A DNA stretch of 64,000 nucleotides, taken from assembly GCA_951406725.2 (NCBI GenBank), contig OX597819.1:53382001-53446000 (forward strand), given 5' to 3'. Shown here one piece after another: positions 1-14,429 of the stretch. The number at the start of each line of letters is the position of its first letter. The stretch's first letter is position 1. This DNA is from Octopus vulgaris (taxonomy: Eukaryota). A program made the position numbers and the translations under genes. The notes beneath the pieces are model-generated. The model was given only the letters and a program-made list of their open reading frames with translations. It had not been told where the DNA came from and searched no databases.

Positions 1-584
1 AAGAGAGAAATTATTCTATTAAATTAATTTCAGATTCAACAGCTTGACTAACTACTAAGAAAAACAAGTGGAGCATAGGTTTGTAAGAGGGCTTTTATTG
101 CTGTTCTTTTATTAGTAGTAGTAGTATTAGAAGTAGTAGTATTGCGTGTCATGACCTGCGTAACCCAGGCAATCATCATCAGGACTATCATCATCGTCAT
201 CATCATCGATAAGGTAAGCTATATAGGCTTTTGAACTATGGAAGTAAAAAGCTTTCATAACGAAAAAGAATAGACCTTTGCCATATATCAAAGTCAGCTA
301 TAATTCCGAATTACAATCATTAAAAGAATTCAGCCATTTAATAATTAAAATATTCCGACAAAGAACATTTGGGGGAAAAAATAATAAATAAATGAATAAA
401 ATGTTCAAATGTTCATTAATTTAAAAGTGTCAACATAACTAAATCAAAATTAAAAATCTAATTTTCATTAGTTAACAAAAAGGAAAATTAAGCAACAGAA
501 AAAAGAAAACAGATAAAAATAATAATAATAAATAAATAAAATCCAATATCAACAATGAGAAACAAGCAAGCAAAAGTCAAATAC

Positions 585-661
585 ATAGCTATAGATTAGT
601 CTTGCGCAAGCAGCTCTGTTGCTAGAAAGTTCTTCACTATATTCAATATTTAAATCAACTT
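585..661 (-). CDS. Candidate small exon (77 bp): xVDLNIEYSEELSSNRAACARLIYSY
   Basis: Acceptor gtgatcaatttag| and open frame in unique sequence, but the donor (TAT|gtattt) is weak. Confidence 0.2.
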
Positions 662-694
662 CTAAATTGATCACAAGATAATGACAGGAATGAC

Positions 695-730
<36 letters not shown>

Positions 731-1016
731 TATATATACATACATATTATATACATATATATACATACATACATACATACACATATATACATACATACAT
801 ATATATACATATATATACATACATACATATATATACATACATACATACATATATATACATACATACATATATATACATATATATACATACATACATATAT
901 ATACATATATATACATACATACATATATATACATACATACATATATATACATATATATACATACATACATATATATACATATATATACATACATACATAT
1001 ATATACATATATATAC

Positions 1017-1050
<34 letters not shown>

Positions 1051-1390
1051 ATATACATGCATATACATGCACATACATACATATACATATACATGCACAT
1101 ACATACATACATATACATGCACATACATACACATATACATGCACATAGATACATATATATATATATATACAATGTATATATACACATACATATATATATA
1201 TACATATATGTATGTGTATACATATACACATACATGCATATATATATATATATATATATACACACCACATACATACATATACATATATACATATACACAC
1301 ACACATACATACATATATACACACACAAACATAGATATATATACACACACACATATATATATTCATAAATACATATGCACACACATACAA
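695..1390. repeat. Compound (TA)/(TACA)/(CA) microsatellite
   Basis: Seen directly; source of the Y/I/H/T/C/V/M-rich ORFs. Confidence 0.95.
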
Positions 1391-1760
1391 TACATCATGT
1401 GAGACAAGAGTTATTTTTAAAGTGAAACAAAGAAAAGTAACAATATTTAACCCTTTGCTTCACAAAGACGTGTGTATGTGTGTGTGCATGTATGTATGTA
1501 TGTATGTATGTATGTATGTATGTATTTATGTATGTAAATCTTAATAATCAATTTTTGCATCTAAGAATGAAGATCTATGATAAATGTTATATCTCAGATT
1601 AAATGTTATCTTCTAATAAGTTCTTTCATCTACAATTTCAACATCAAGCTGTTTACTTCTTCCCTCACACATATAGCAACCCCATGTAGGATAACCACAT
1701 GCTATACTCCTTTGGTCTAGAGAGAGAAACTTTTGTCAAATTCATGAAGGAGCTAGAAAC

Positions 1761-2257
1761 CCCTTCCAGTTTGGAACCCCTATCTTGCACAGAACATTGA
1801 CCTCCTGGAATCTGTCCAGAGACGTGCAACCAAACGCATACCCTCCATCAGACACCTACCATATTCTGAGCGCCTTGTTTCCCTGGGCATGGATTCACTG
1901 AAGCTCCGGCGTTTGGCGACGGACTTGGTAAACACCCACAAAGTTATCAACCACCTCACCAACAACAACACTGAACACCTTTTTGATCTCCATGTGTCTA
2001 ACACACGTGGACATGCCTACAAAGTCAGAAAACAATACAGCTCCCATGACTTTCGGAAACATTTTTTCACGCTCAGAGTTGCTGAAGCATGGAATAAACT
2101 GCCTGCGTCAGTTGTTGACTGCCATGACACTGCATCTTTTAAGGCCCTCATGCTTTCCGAAATCCGCCGAAACTTCACCTGATTATATATACACTTTAGA
2201 TGAGTTGTAGTGCACCTGAGCACTGTACACAATTATTATTATTATTATTATTATTAT
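1761..2257 (+). mobile_element. 5'-truncated CR1-clade LINE 3' end with uninterrupted ORF2 C-terminus and (TTA)n tail
   Basis: Translates ..PVWNPYLAQNIDLLESVQRRATKRIP..PYSERL..TRGHAYK..FFTLRVAEAWNKLP..*, typical of the CR1 ORF2 end. GAAAC direct repeat at 1756-60 and 2258-62. Confidence 0.9.
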
Positions 2258-2737
2258 GAAACAGCAGCCAGATTTGTCTTAAACCATATCTAATCATCTT
2301 CAAGACAAAAAAAGAGCATAATGAATAAGGCATTGCTTAGAGGTCTTGTCTGTCAGAAAAAAAATGAAAAAGATGAGATGGCCATGGCTGGCATGTGCTG
2401 ATCAGAGCCCAGTTTGATCAAGGCTGACTTGGGTCTAAACAACATGTAGTGGTATAGAGCAGAGTTCAACATATGAAATTTATATCATCTGTATAGATAT
2501 AATGTTCTAATGTTATATAAGTTATTCAATAGGCACTCTGGTCAAAGCTTGGAAATAAATCTAAATTTTACATATTCTTTTACTCATTTCAGCCACTGAG
2601 CTGCATCCACATTGGATGAACCACCTTATAGGGTGAGCCTGAAAAACAAAAAATTGTCTTCAGTACTTATTTTAAGTATGGTATATTTTCTATCAGTTTC
2701 TTCTGCCAAGGTGTTAAGTTATGAGAATTCTTTTATT

Positions 2738-3108
2738 TTTTTACTTACTTCAGTCGCTTGACTGTGGCCATGCTGGGGCACTACCTTAGAGGGTTTTATT
2801 AGTTGAAGAAACTGACCCCCAGGACATATTCTTTGTAAGCCTAGTACTTATTCTATCGGTCTCTTCTGCCAAACCACTAAACTGCGGGAATGTAAACACA
2901 CCAACATCGGTTGTCAAGCGGTGGTGGGAGGACAAACACACATAAATCGTAATTTATGTGTGTTTCTGTCAACCAAATCCACTCACAAAACTTTGGTTGG
3001 CCCAGGGCTATAGCAGATGACACTCACTCAAGGTGCCATGGAGTGGGACTGAACCCAGAACCATGTGGTTGAGAAGCAAGCTTCTTACCACACAGCCACA
3101 TGTGTGCC
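2738..3108 (-). mobile_element. SINE family A; older fragments flank it at about 2575-2725 and 3115-3340
   Basis: Homology to the 13212 copy. Confidence 0.8.
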
Positions 3109-5080
3109 TATATTGGATGTAAACAAACCAACACTAGTTGTCAAGTAGTGGAAGGGGGGAATAAACACAAACACACGATGGGTTTCCACACAGTTTCCTT
3201 CTACTAAATTTAATCACAAGGCATCAGTTGTTTGGAGATAAAGTAGAAGACACTTGCCCAAAGTCTCACACAACAGTACTGAACCTGAAACCACATGGTT
3301 GCAAATTGAATATCTTAACCACACAGCTATGCCTGTGCCTATCTATTTCTTCTGCAGCCACCTCTAACTTTCAGTTTTCAAAAGAATTTTGCACCTGTGT
3401 CCTACAGCACAAGACATTTTAAGCACAGTCACCCCCTCCTCATCACTCCAGCAATGTTGACACCCCTATAAGTCAAACCACCTGCCAGATTGTTACACAT
3501 CTATAAGTCAAACTGCCTACCACATTACTTCATTCCTTTCTGCCAGACACCACAAAGAAAAAAAAAAGCCAGGTTCTATACAAATACCTGCCTTCCTGTC
3601 ACAATATGTTGCAGTTTCAAAACATAAGTCACACAAGGAAGGACACTCCCACCCACTTAGATCTCTCTCTCTCTCTCTCTCTCCCTCCCTCAGCAATAAA
3701 AAACAAAGAAGGAATAATATGGGTGATAAATTTTTCAGAGCAGGAACAAAGCTTCAAAGATTATGGAAATATTGGCATTGAAATGCGAACAAACTGATTT
3801 AACCTGCAACATTCTTCAACATCAAGATGAATTTCAAGTTAGGAACTGATTTAAATCCTTTCCTTACACACAACACACACATCAAATGTGTGCACATGCG
3901 TAAACCACACATGCAAGCATCATACACATCACACATGCACTATACACACACACAAATGCACACATGCACAGAAACACACACCTACACACACACATCAAAT
4001 TCTCAGTGTTCAAATCCATCTTGAGCTCTAGGTTACTGAATAAAATCCCTCCTAACTGCATAAAAGTATTACTTTATTAATTGATTGATTGGTGGCACAC
4101 TTGCTTCAACCAGGTGATTCAACCAGTGACAAATTATAAAATGTAGATGAATCTCCTTTAGGTTTCCAGCATAGACCCACCAATCAAATAACTACAGACA
4201 CTTTGAGCCAAAAGAGGGACCTCTATGCAGTTAGTCAAGCAAATCTCTCTTTAAGTTACACCCAACCATCTTTAAAAACAAACAACACACTGGACATGGT
4301 CTGTGTACACCAAGCTGAATAAAAAGACAAGGATGGTCATGACTTGAATGTCTTTGTCCATAAAACTGTTCTTTTAGAGCATATTGCATATTTTGCATGA
4401 AGTGTAATGAACACCTCAGTTTTATCATCCAGATAAATGGTCTGCAATACATGACCATTCCATCCAGGATGTGGTAAATTCTATGTCCTCCACTTGAACT
4501 GGAGCTATTAAGCACATGTCTACACAAACTCCTAGAAACTACAAAAAAAATGCTTCTAATTTCTTACTCATGCATAAAGTACCCCAAAGCAATATACATA
4601 CAAGAGTAGAAATGAATTGAGAATACACTAAATTCCTATATAAAAAAAATGGATTGAAAATACTTTTTAATTTTGGCACTAGGCCAGCAGTTTTGAAGGG
4701 AGGAACAATTTGATTATATCACCCCAGTATTTGGCTAGAACTTTATTTTATCAACCTCAGAAGGATGAGAGGTAAAGTCAACCTCAGTGACATTTGAACG
4801 CAGAACAGGAAGTGAGAAGAAATGCCACTAAGTATTCTGTTTGAGATGCTAATGATACTGCCAGTTTGCCACCTTTCGAAAGACAAAGCTGTTAAATCAT
4901 ACTAGTTGAGGTAATGTTCATAGCTATTTTTTAAACCCCAAAGCCCTTGAGAAGTGGGTTAGCAAGACTGATGTGATTATTAATCAACTAGCCAGCATTT
5001 CCAAGAAAAACAAAGGCAGTGAGAGAATACAGCGCACTGCATCTCTGGAAAAGGATTTAGCATAGGATCTAGGTATCAGT

Positions 5081-5436
5081 ATCTTTTACTTGTTTCAGTC
5101 ATTAGACTGTGGCCATGCTGGGGCACTGCCTTGAAGAATTTTTACTTGAATGAATTGGCCCTACACATTTTTCTTTTTTTTTTTTTTTTTTACCTGGACT
5201 GGTACTTATCTTAGCAGTCTCTTTTGCTGAACTGCTAAGTTACAAGGATGTAAACATCAGTTGTCAAGTGGTGGTCGAGGAGAAATACACACACATGGCA
5301 GGCTTCTTTCAGTTTCTGAAAGGCTCTGATTAACCTTAGATTATAATGGGAAACACTTGCCCAAGGTGACACACAGTGGGACTGAACCTGGACCCATGTC
5401 GTTGGGAAGCAAACTTCTTACCACACAGCCATGCCT
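5081..5436 (-). mobile_element. SINE family A
   Basis: Homology to the 13212 copy. Confidence 0.8.
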
Positions 5437-6546
5437 ACTTACAGTATCTTTTTTAATTTTGCTAAAGTGAGAGGGCACCTTAGATATTATCATTGGTTTG
5501 TATCTGTTGGTTGTACTCTAAACTATTATCTTCAGACACCATTATCTTGGAGAAAAAAAATTCATAAAATTTCAAATAAATTTGTGGAATAATCTATCCT
5601 TAATCTTACATGTTCTGAGAGACCATTTGGAGAAGAATTATCAAAACGATAAAAAAAAAAAAAAAACACAGGATAAGATTGCTGCCCATTCATCTACATT
5701 AGCTACACTGTTGTGATTTATGGATCTTTTTACATGTGGTGGTTTTGTTCATCTTTAGCTTTCACAATACAATAAATCAATACCACATTCTTTATGCAGT
5801 GTTCAAAGCCATTTCTTTAATTCTTCTTCAATAAAACCTTTGAAGTCATACACCATGTTAAGATCATCAGACTTGATGATGATGATGAGTTTTTTATATT
5901 TTTTAAAATCAATAAACATGACAACAAGAGAAAGAACTTTATAACTGAAAGTAGCCTCTACTAAATACAGATATTTGCTTTTTGGTTTATTGAGCAATTT
6001 TGGTTGATTGTAAATTAAAAAGCTAAATGTACATATTGGCAAGATACAGCCATATTCATAACAGTGCCATACTTGCAAGGCTTAGCCAGTTTTATAATGA
6101 GATCAGACAGGCCAGGAAAGGACCAGCTTCATGATAAAGAAAAGAAAAATTGTGCAAGATTATATGATGACAGGAATCGACTACAACTTATCAATAACTG
6201 AAGGTATCTTTCAATTTCTTCTTTAGTCTTCCCTTTATTGTGTATGATCAGTAACATATTTATGAGATTTGTTCACAGCCTTCTTATCTCCTTTGTCTAC
6301 ATCACAATCATAGTTGTCCTTTGTGTAGATGACAGTTAATGCCTGCTATCACTAAAGTCTTGTCAGCTTATGCAACCCAAGATTATCTTACATATTACCA
6401 ATTATTTGTGTCAGTCAACAAATGTAACAGCTGGTAGGAAACCACAATATCCAATTTCTTTACAGATAACTTAACTGTTGAAACTGCTAAATAAAATTAG
6501 TTTTCAGAAAGAAGGAAATGTTGAAAGTTGGATTTCATTTTAGATA

Positions 6547-6620
6547 ATAAGCTCAAAACTAGAAGGCAAGATAAGCTCAAAACTAGCAGGCAGAATAAGC
6601 TCAAAATTAGAAGGCAAGAT
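6547..6620. repeat. 3 x 24-bp tandem repeat ATAAGCTCAAAACTAGAAGGCAAG
   Basis: Seen directly in the sequence. Confidence 0.85.
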
Positions 6621-7190
6621 TTAAAATGGGACAACTTAAGTCAAAAACAGCAACCTCCCCAAATCATCAAACTTTCTAGTAAAAGATACAAATCTTTCTT
6701 CATACGAATCCAGATCAGTTTCAAATTGATATTAGGACTTCTGTTCAAAGTCCTCATACACATTCAATATACAAGACTGTCATCAGTAGATAGCAAACTA
6801 AATGAAAACAATCAAGCCAATATAATATATACCAGATTTAAAATCTAAAACACTTGCTTAAGAATATAATGCACAATGCATAAGAATCAGGCTGTTGCTG
6901 TTTATCTTTAGGTCAGCCTTGGAATACACTGACCCACAATCAAAATTGTTCCAGCATCTTTCAGACACTGCATCATTAAGACTACAATGTGTCCCTCCTT
7001 TTCTAAGATGACTGAATGAAATTCAAGAGATATTAAACTGCTATTTCTACCAGGTCAACAACTATACAGAAGCTCACACAGTGGGTCTATCTATGTAGTG
7101 TTAAAATTAAGGGTACTACCATTCATATGATCAGCTGTTTCTTGCAAGCATTCACTTCGCTAATGAAAAATCCTTGCAGCCCAAATATAT

Positions 7191-7504
7191 GTGTGTGTGC
7201 ACGTGTGTGCGCACATGTGCACAATCAGACTGGAACCTAGTGCAACTCTTCTGCATGTCAGCTGTGGTCAAATGCTTAACCCATGCCAGCAGGGAAAACA
7301 GATGTTAAAGAATGATGATAGTGTGTGTGCATACATGTGTATGTGCGCACATGTGCACAATCAGACTGGAACCTAGTGCAGCTCTTTTGCATGTCAACTG
7401 TGGTCAAATGCTTAACCCATGCCAGCAGGGAAAACGGATGTTAAAGAATGATGATAGTGTGTGTGTGCGTGCGTGTGTGCGTGCACACACACACACACAA
7501 TCAG
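7191..7504. repeat. Tandem duplication of about 130-136 bp (microsatellite plus family D tail)
   Basis: acaatcagactggaacctagtgca..gttaaagaatgatgata occurs twice. Confidence 0.9.
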
Positions 7505-8804
7505 GATTCAGACAGTAAATTTCGAGTTATCATATTATCATATTTATTTAAATCTACATTCTCAGTAACAGCTACTTCAGTTATCAGAACACTGAAGAAT
7601 TACCAAAATTTCACTCATTTGACAGACAGATCTCATTTATCTACATTTTCAGATATTCAAAAAGAAAAGCTATATCTAGTAATCAAGCCAGATGTATCAG
7701 TGTAGATAGATAGACAGTGCCAAATGACACCAAAACATATCTGATGCAGGCAGCTGAGTCATAATGCATATGCTATGGTAATTTATTGGCTACATGTTCA
7801 TGATTTAAGTCTGTGCAAAACACCATTATCATCAGCAAAGTTAAGCTAATAATGAATTAGATTTTAAAATAAATGAGCAACTTCAATTGCAATTAACAAT
7901 TGAAATCTATTCATTCAACAGGTGCACATAAGCTAAACAGAATTTAATTAGTGGAAAACAGACGCAAATGTTTCTATCAAAGTGGCTTTAATAGGCCAAT
8001 CATGACAAATTTTCTGAAAAATTCACTTAAAAATGCATAAATGATTTAAGCACTAAAGCAAATAAATAAAACACTAAGTTTACAATTGTTTCCCTGCATT
8101 GTTGTGTTCTGTTTAAGGAGTTTAGGTCAGTTTAAATGTCTAGTTGAACAGGTATTGACTTTCTAAGCAAAGACAGAGAAAAACTATATTACACAAATTA
8201 GTTTATTACCATCTAAACAAAGTTTGTTATCTGGTTCACGACAAGTGACCTACACAAGTGATCAGTTAATTGGTAAGACTAGCAATCAATGCCAAACTAT
8301 AAATACAAATCGACTCTCTCGTCAACTTCCACTGGTTGAAGCCGTTGAGAGCAGATCTATGGCTATTCATTAGCTGCACTACCCAAGAGATAAATCAATA
8401 ACATACACTTCAGCAAATGGCTATTGCATGAATGGAGAATTTTATTGCTTGAGTCAGAAATAATTCTGAAATCGGACAGTTTCTGAATAAAAATCCATTT
8501 CGTAGAGAACAGCTTGGCACTGATTGAGTGAGTGGGGGGAGAGGTAAATTTCCTGTGAAAATTCTAATTTCAATTAGAGAGGAAGGCTGTTAATCACTGC
8601 CATCATATAGAAGAACAGTTTCTGCCATCAGATTTGAAATGGCATATTTCTGCAAGAAATTACATGGAATTGTTTTTTGAATTTTCTTTTTCTCCACTTT
8701 TTGTTATTTGTTTGACTTCAGTGAGTTTCTAACATTATATTCTTGTGGTAATAATAAAGTAAAGAGTACTATTATTGTTATTATTATTATTATTATTATT
8801 ATTA

Positions 8805-9540
8805 AGGGACTGAGGCAGCAGAATTGTTAGCATGTTAGACAAAATAGTGGAATTTCTTCTGGTTCTTCACATTCTAAGTTCAAATCCCACTCAGGTTAAC
8901 TTTGCCTTTCATCATAGGGGGTGGATAAAATAAGGTACCAGTTAAGTACCAACGTCCATGTATTCAAATGATGCCATCTGGGCTACATACCAAAAGTTTG
9001 AAACATTTTTATTTGAAGCCAGCAAGCTAGCAGAATCATCGGCATATCAGACAAAATGCTGGACAGCATTGCTTCCAGCTCTTTACTTTCTAAATTTCGA
9101 ATCTTGCTGAGGCCAACTTTACTCTCCATCCTTTCAGGGTTAATAAAATAAAGTACCAGTCAAGTAAGGAGGGGTGGGGGGTGGGGTGATGTAATTGACT
9201 AACGAGCTGGCAGAATAGTTACAACACCAGGTGAAATGCTTAGTGCTATTTCATTTGTCGCTATGTTCTGAGTTCAAATTCCACCGAGGTCGACTTTACC
9301 TTTCATCCTTTCGGGGTCAATAAATCAAGTACCAGTTGAGTACTGGGGTCAATGTAATCGACTACCCCTCTCTCCCAAATTTTAGGTCTTGTGCCTATGG
9401 TAGAAAGGATTATTAAGACTGCAAGCTAGCAGAACCATTAGAGCATCTTGTGACATTTGTTAGTTATTTACATTCTAATTCAAATCTTGCCATTCATCCT
9501 TTTGGTGATTGATAACAAAATACCAGTCAAGTACTAGTTT
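8805..9540 (+). mobile_element. Cluster of four family B SINEs; other copies at about 4670-4875, 13650-13870, 30985-31150, 44668-44880 and 49825-49965 (all -)
   Basis: Repeated gcaagctagcagaa..gttcaaat..ttcatcctt..aagtaccagt blocks. Confidence 0.8.
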
Positions 9541-9919
9541 GAACAAATATTAGTGTCACTATGACAGCTGGTTTGTCTACTAAATTTTACAAACAGCATA
9601 GTGCAAAACTGAAGCAGTTCTTGAAAACATTCCTAGAGTGTGATTTTTCAGTGAGCAGCAATATGTCTTCTCAGAAACCATGTTCTAAATTCGTATTTTG
9701 TCCAAGATGATGTATTATATTGATGTCCATTTTTCGCCCCTTCAAAAATGCCTTCTTTTCTTTGATGTGTTGATGATACAATGTCTCACAAAAAAAATAT
9801 GACTTAATCAATAATAACAACAAGTCCAAACAAGCAAAATACTCCAGATTAAAAAAAAAAAGCGCTGAATGTTTCAAGCAGTTAATAGGCAAACATCTAA
9901 TAAACTATCAGGATCAAAT

Positions 9920-10388
9920 AGGTATGGTTGTAGTTAAGAATCTCACTTTGTAACCACATGATTTCAGGTTCAGTCCCACTACATGGTACCTTGAGCAAGC
10001 ATCTTCTATTATAACCCCAAACCAACCAACACCTTGTGAGTGAAAATTCAGTATACAGAAACTGAGTGAAGGCCTATCATGTATATATCATTGACTTATT
10101 TCAGTCATTAGACTGTGGCCATGATGGGGAACCACCTTTACACAGATTGATATACACACATATTTATACATACATATTCATGTTTGTGCGTCTTTGAGTT
10201 TGTCACCACCATCATTTGACAACCAGCACTGGTTTGTTTACATCCCTATAACTTGGCAGTTCAGCAAAAGAGACAATTAAGATAAGTGCCAGATTGAAAA
10301 AAAAAAAAGTACTGAGATCAATTTGTTTGTTAAGGCAGTGCTCCAGCATGGTCGCAATTCAATGGCCAAAAGAAGTAAAAGATAAAAC
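9920..10388 (+). mobile_element. SINE family A (older); other old copies at about 19518-19782 (+), 21845-22255 (-), 50330-50700 (-) and 59490-59895 (+)
   Basis: Degenerate A and B boxes plus family body. Confidence 0.7.
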
Positions 10389-10688
10389 AATCAGCAGATA
10401 GGGAGAACAATGATCATTATATCGATTAAATAGTTCAGATAAGGTTGACCTTTAAAGAGCTGAAGGTTGGCAGGTCTCAGAATGGAAAGACAAAGAATGA
10501 TAGCTGAAACAAATCTGAAGTTTCATGTTTACTATAAACAGAAAGTCTATTCTGAAGAAACACACCACTGTAATTATCCTATACTCTGTAGATTAACGTG
10601 GTCGTCATGCATCTTATAGATGCTGCTGTGCATATGTGCATAATATAGTTTAGGAAACAAATTATGGTTTGTTACTTCCAGTGTCTCA

Positions 10689-10763
<75 letters not shown>

Positions 10764-11742
10764 AAATGTGTGTTCTGAATGGGTATATGTATTTCATAAA
10801 AGCATTATATATATATGCACACACACACACACATACATACATAAACAAGGGTACTGTGCAAGTTTAGACATACACACATTATACACATGCATACACATAC
10901 ACACGTTATTCAAACATACATTATCGTGAGGGTTGTGTAGCTATATGTAAATACAAATGTACATACATATACACACATAAATGTAGGTGGGTATATGTAC
11001 ATAAACACACACATATATCACACATGTGGGTGTGAGTATATATACACACATATATAGACAAACACTCATACTTACATTATATATACAGGAATATGTATGA
11101 CTCAGAATAAGATTAGAGGGAAAAGAAAGGAGGTTCTCACACAGAATCACCCCCTTCTTTCTGTCTCTCTCTGTCCATTTGTATAAGATTGTGTACAGAC
11201 TTGTTTATTATGTACATATGTAGACATTTGTTTACATATATGCACATTTGTTTGCAGGTACATGCATTTGTGTACATATCCATTTTTGCACTCACATTTC
11301 ATGTATTTCTGCCTAAGTGTCCATGCATGATTGTGTGTGTGTGTGTGTGTTAGTGTGCTTGTATATATTTGTGTGAGTATATGTCAATGCACAACTATGC
11401 ATATAGACTTACGGACACTTATGAAATTAACAAGATTATGGAAGAAAGCCTGTCCAATAGGCTCAGACAACAACATAATTCAGAAATCTTGGCATCTCAG
11501 ATAATTATCTTTGACAAACTTATAGTAAATATTTCTGTGTGTTTTCTGTTTTGTTTTGGAGATTTGTTTTGTTTTTTTATATTTTTCTACATTTTATGTC
11601 ATTTTTGTATTTATTTTTAATATTGTTCTGAAATGCTATCACCACCTCCATAACCATCACATATGTATTATAGATAGATAACTAGATAGATAGATAAATA
11701 TGTATGTACGTGTGTCTGTACATATGCATTAAGTGTGTATAT

Positions 11743-11787
<45 letters not shown>

Positions 11788-11912
11788 CACACACAAATAT
11801 ACATATATTTTATGCATCTACATATATAAATGGTAAGTACATGTATGTGTGTGAGTATATACATATATATAAATATAAATGGTATGTAAGTACATGTATT
11901 AGTGTGTGTCAA

Positions 11913-12002
<90 letters not shown>

Positions 12003-12096
12003 GTGTTTATGTGTAACCAGTATCTCACATCACTTGAAACATAATGATGCATGAGTAAAAATTTCAAAGTTTACTATTACTTAATATTTATTATCA

Positions 12097-12127
<31 letters not shown>

Positions 12128-13211
12128 AATTCAAATATTTTACTACTATTATTATTATTATTATTACAAATAAAATTACTAATATTATTTTTATGCTATT
12201 ATTGCTGTTGTTATCATAATCTATCCTATTCTATACAGTATAATGTGTGTGTGTGTGTGTGTGCACGTGTGTGTGTGTGCACGTGTGTGTGTGTGTGCAC
12301 GCGTGTGTGTTATATTCCCTTCCTTCATTCCTTTTCCAATTGACATTGAAAGTATTTGAACAGTTGGCAACTGGCCACGCAGCACTGTATGAACAACATT
12401 TTCTTCTGCCAGAAGACACCAGCCCTACATTCCTCAAATATTGAATAATTGGGCTCTGTCAGTTTGTTCAGTCAATCACAATGTACACACAGTAAGTGAG
12501 GGGTATTATATACATACACACCCACACAACATGAAAAACAATTGGTACATGAGCAAGGGAGACAGAGAGAGAAAATAGAATTAACAAGCTTATGTCAGCA
12601 TCTATCTATCTATATATAAGTAGGTATGTCTATGCATACATTTGTATATTTGTGCACACACACAAAGAAATATATATATATATATATACATTTATGCATA
12701 CAAAAATACATGCATGAATATGTATGCATGTATATACATACATACATATGGAGAGAGAGAGAGATAACCAGCAAAGATAAGCCAGAAATATGCTGAAGCT
12801 TCATCCAGCAGTGGATCAACAATAGCTGAAGAGAATAGGAAAACATAATTTATATACATATGTATACATATACATGCATCAACATGAATATATACACACA
12901 CACAGACACACATGTTCTACTTTATATATAGCCTACATTCCGTTCATAAGATGTCAACTGGAGACCACGACAATTTCAACAACTTGCCACAGTATCACTC
13001 CTTCCAGCAGTACCAAACAGCATTGATACTACCAGGGAATGTCCAGATTCTTTTGTTCTGCACTGTAGCATGTGTTTTCTCCAACCTCCATTACCCATGC
13101 AACCACCAAACCGAACACAGCTATCATCGCTCCAACCAGTATTTCTTCTTTGCTCTCAGCTTTGGCCTGTCTTTCACATGCTTCTATCACATTTATGGTG
13201 ACATATTTTCT

Positions 13212-13626
13212 GAGTGGCTGTGTGGTAAGTAGCTTGCTTACCAACCACATGGTTCCGGGTTCAGTGCCACGGCGTGGCATCTTGGGCAAGTGTCTTCTAC
13301 TATAGCCTCGGGCCAACCAAAGCCTTGTGAGTGGATTTGGTAGACGGAAACTGAAAGAAGCCCGTCGTATATATGTGTATATATATATATATATATATGT
13401 GCGTGTGTGTATATGTTTGTATGTCTGTGTTTGTCCCCCTAGCATTGCTTGACAACCGATGCTGGTGTGTTTACGTCGCAGTCACTTAGCAGTTCAGCAA
13501 AAGAGACCGATAGAATAAGTACTGGGTTTACAAAGAATAAGTCCTGGAGTCGATTTGCTCGACTAAAGGTGGTGCTCCAGCATGGCCGCAGTCAAATGAC
13601 TGAAACAAGTAAAAGAGTTAAAGAGT
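13212..13626 (+). mobile_element. tRNA-derived SINE, family A (well-preserved copy)
   Basis: A box GTGGCTGTGTGG, B box GGTTCAGTGCC, internal (TA)/(TG) tract and tail AAGTAAAAGAGT; many homologous copies in the window. Confidence 0.9.
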
Positions 13627-14010
13627 TCACCAATCACTAGTCTGTAATATTGGTTTCATATTTTGGTACAAGGCCAGCAATTTGGGGTGAGTAGCTAAGC
13701 TGATTACACCAACCCCAGTGCTCGGCTCGACTGGCACTTATATTATTGACCTCGAAAGGATGCAGGGCAAAGTCGACTTTGGTGGCATTTGAACTCAGTA
13801 CGTAAAGATGGACAAAATACTGCTAAGCATTAAGTCATGTGTGCTAATGATGCTGCCAACTTGCTGCCCTAGTCTAAATTATTTATTAAGTCCAGTACCA
13901 ACCAGAAATATAACCTAATAACCTAAAAGCCATATCATCCCACATTTACAAGACATCTCATGCCTTACACAAATCTCTACGTTCTTCATATTTTCGGTCC
14001 TTCTTTTCTA

Positions 14011-14234
14011 CACAAGGGAGTGCTGAAAAGTTCCTGGTTTTGGGTAAAAGAAAATAAAGGAGGATCAGTTAATTATGATTCTATTCAACATATTCCATTC
14101 TCAAATTCACACACTTATTGTAGAGGTCCTTCCATTTTTCTTAGCCCTGAAAAGAACTTGGAAGGATGAGCCTCCAACATGGATGGCCTTCTACAATACT
14201 CTTAAAGTCAGGAAATTTTCAGCACCCCTTTGTA
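14011..14234. mobile_element. Mariner-type MITE
   Basis: ~26-bp TIRs: CACAAGGGAGTGCTGAAAAGTTCCTG versus revcomp TACAAAGGGGTGCTGAAAATTTCCTG; TA at the right end. Confidence 0.75.
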
Positions 14235-14429
14235 TGTATTCCATAAGGCTTGTGAACTCAACAATCAGAATTTTTTTTTTTTTGTCTTTTTGTCAGGTCA
14301 AACTATACCATAAAGTCTGTTGCTCTGTCATTACAACATATTTTGGAAACACAATTACAACCTTCAAATCCACCTAAACCTATGTTAATTATTGTCCTTC
14401 TTGCATAAGACAAAGAAATGTAACGATGT

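Noticed and set aside
671-1402. Long ORFs of 100-240 aa (also at 56566-57157, 23384-23882, 58251-58859 and 51981-52557)
   Set aside because: Stop-free frames produced by micro- and minisatellites or polypurine tracts; repetitive low-complexity peptides.
13212-13285. tRNA gene (also other A/B-box hits)
   Set aside because: These are SINE heads: no complete cloverleaf or terminator, and they continue into repeat bodies.
12912-13445. Overlapping ORFs of 77-138 aa
   Set aside because: They run through a SINE, have no convincing splice sites and show no recognisable domain.
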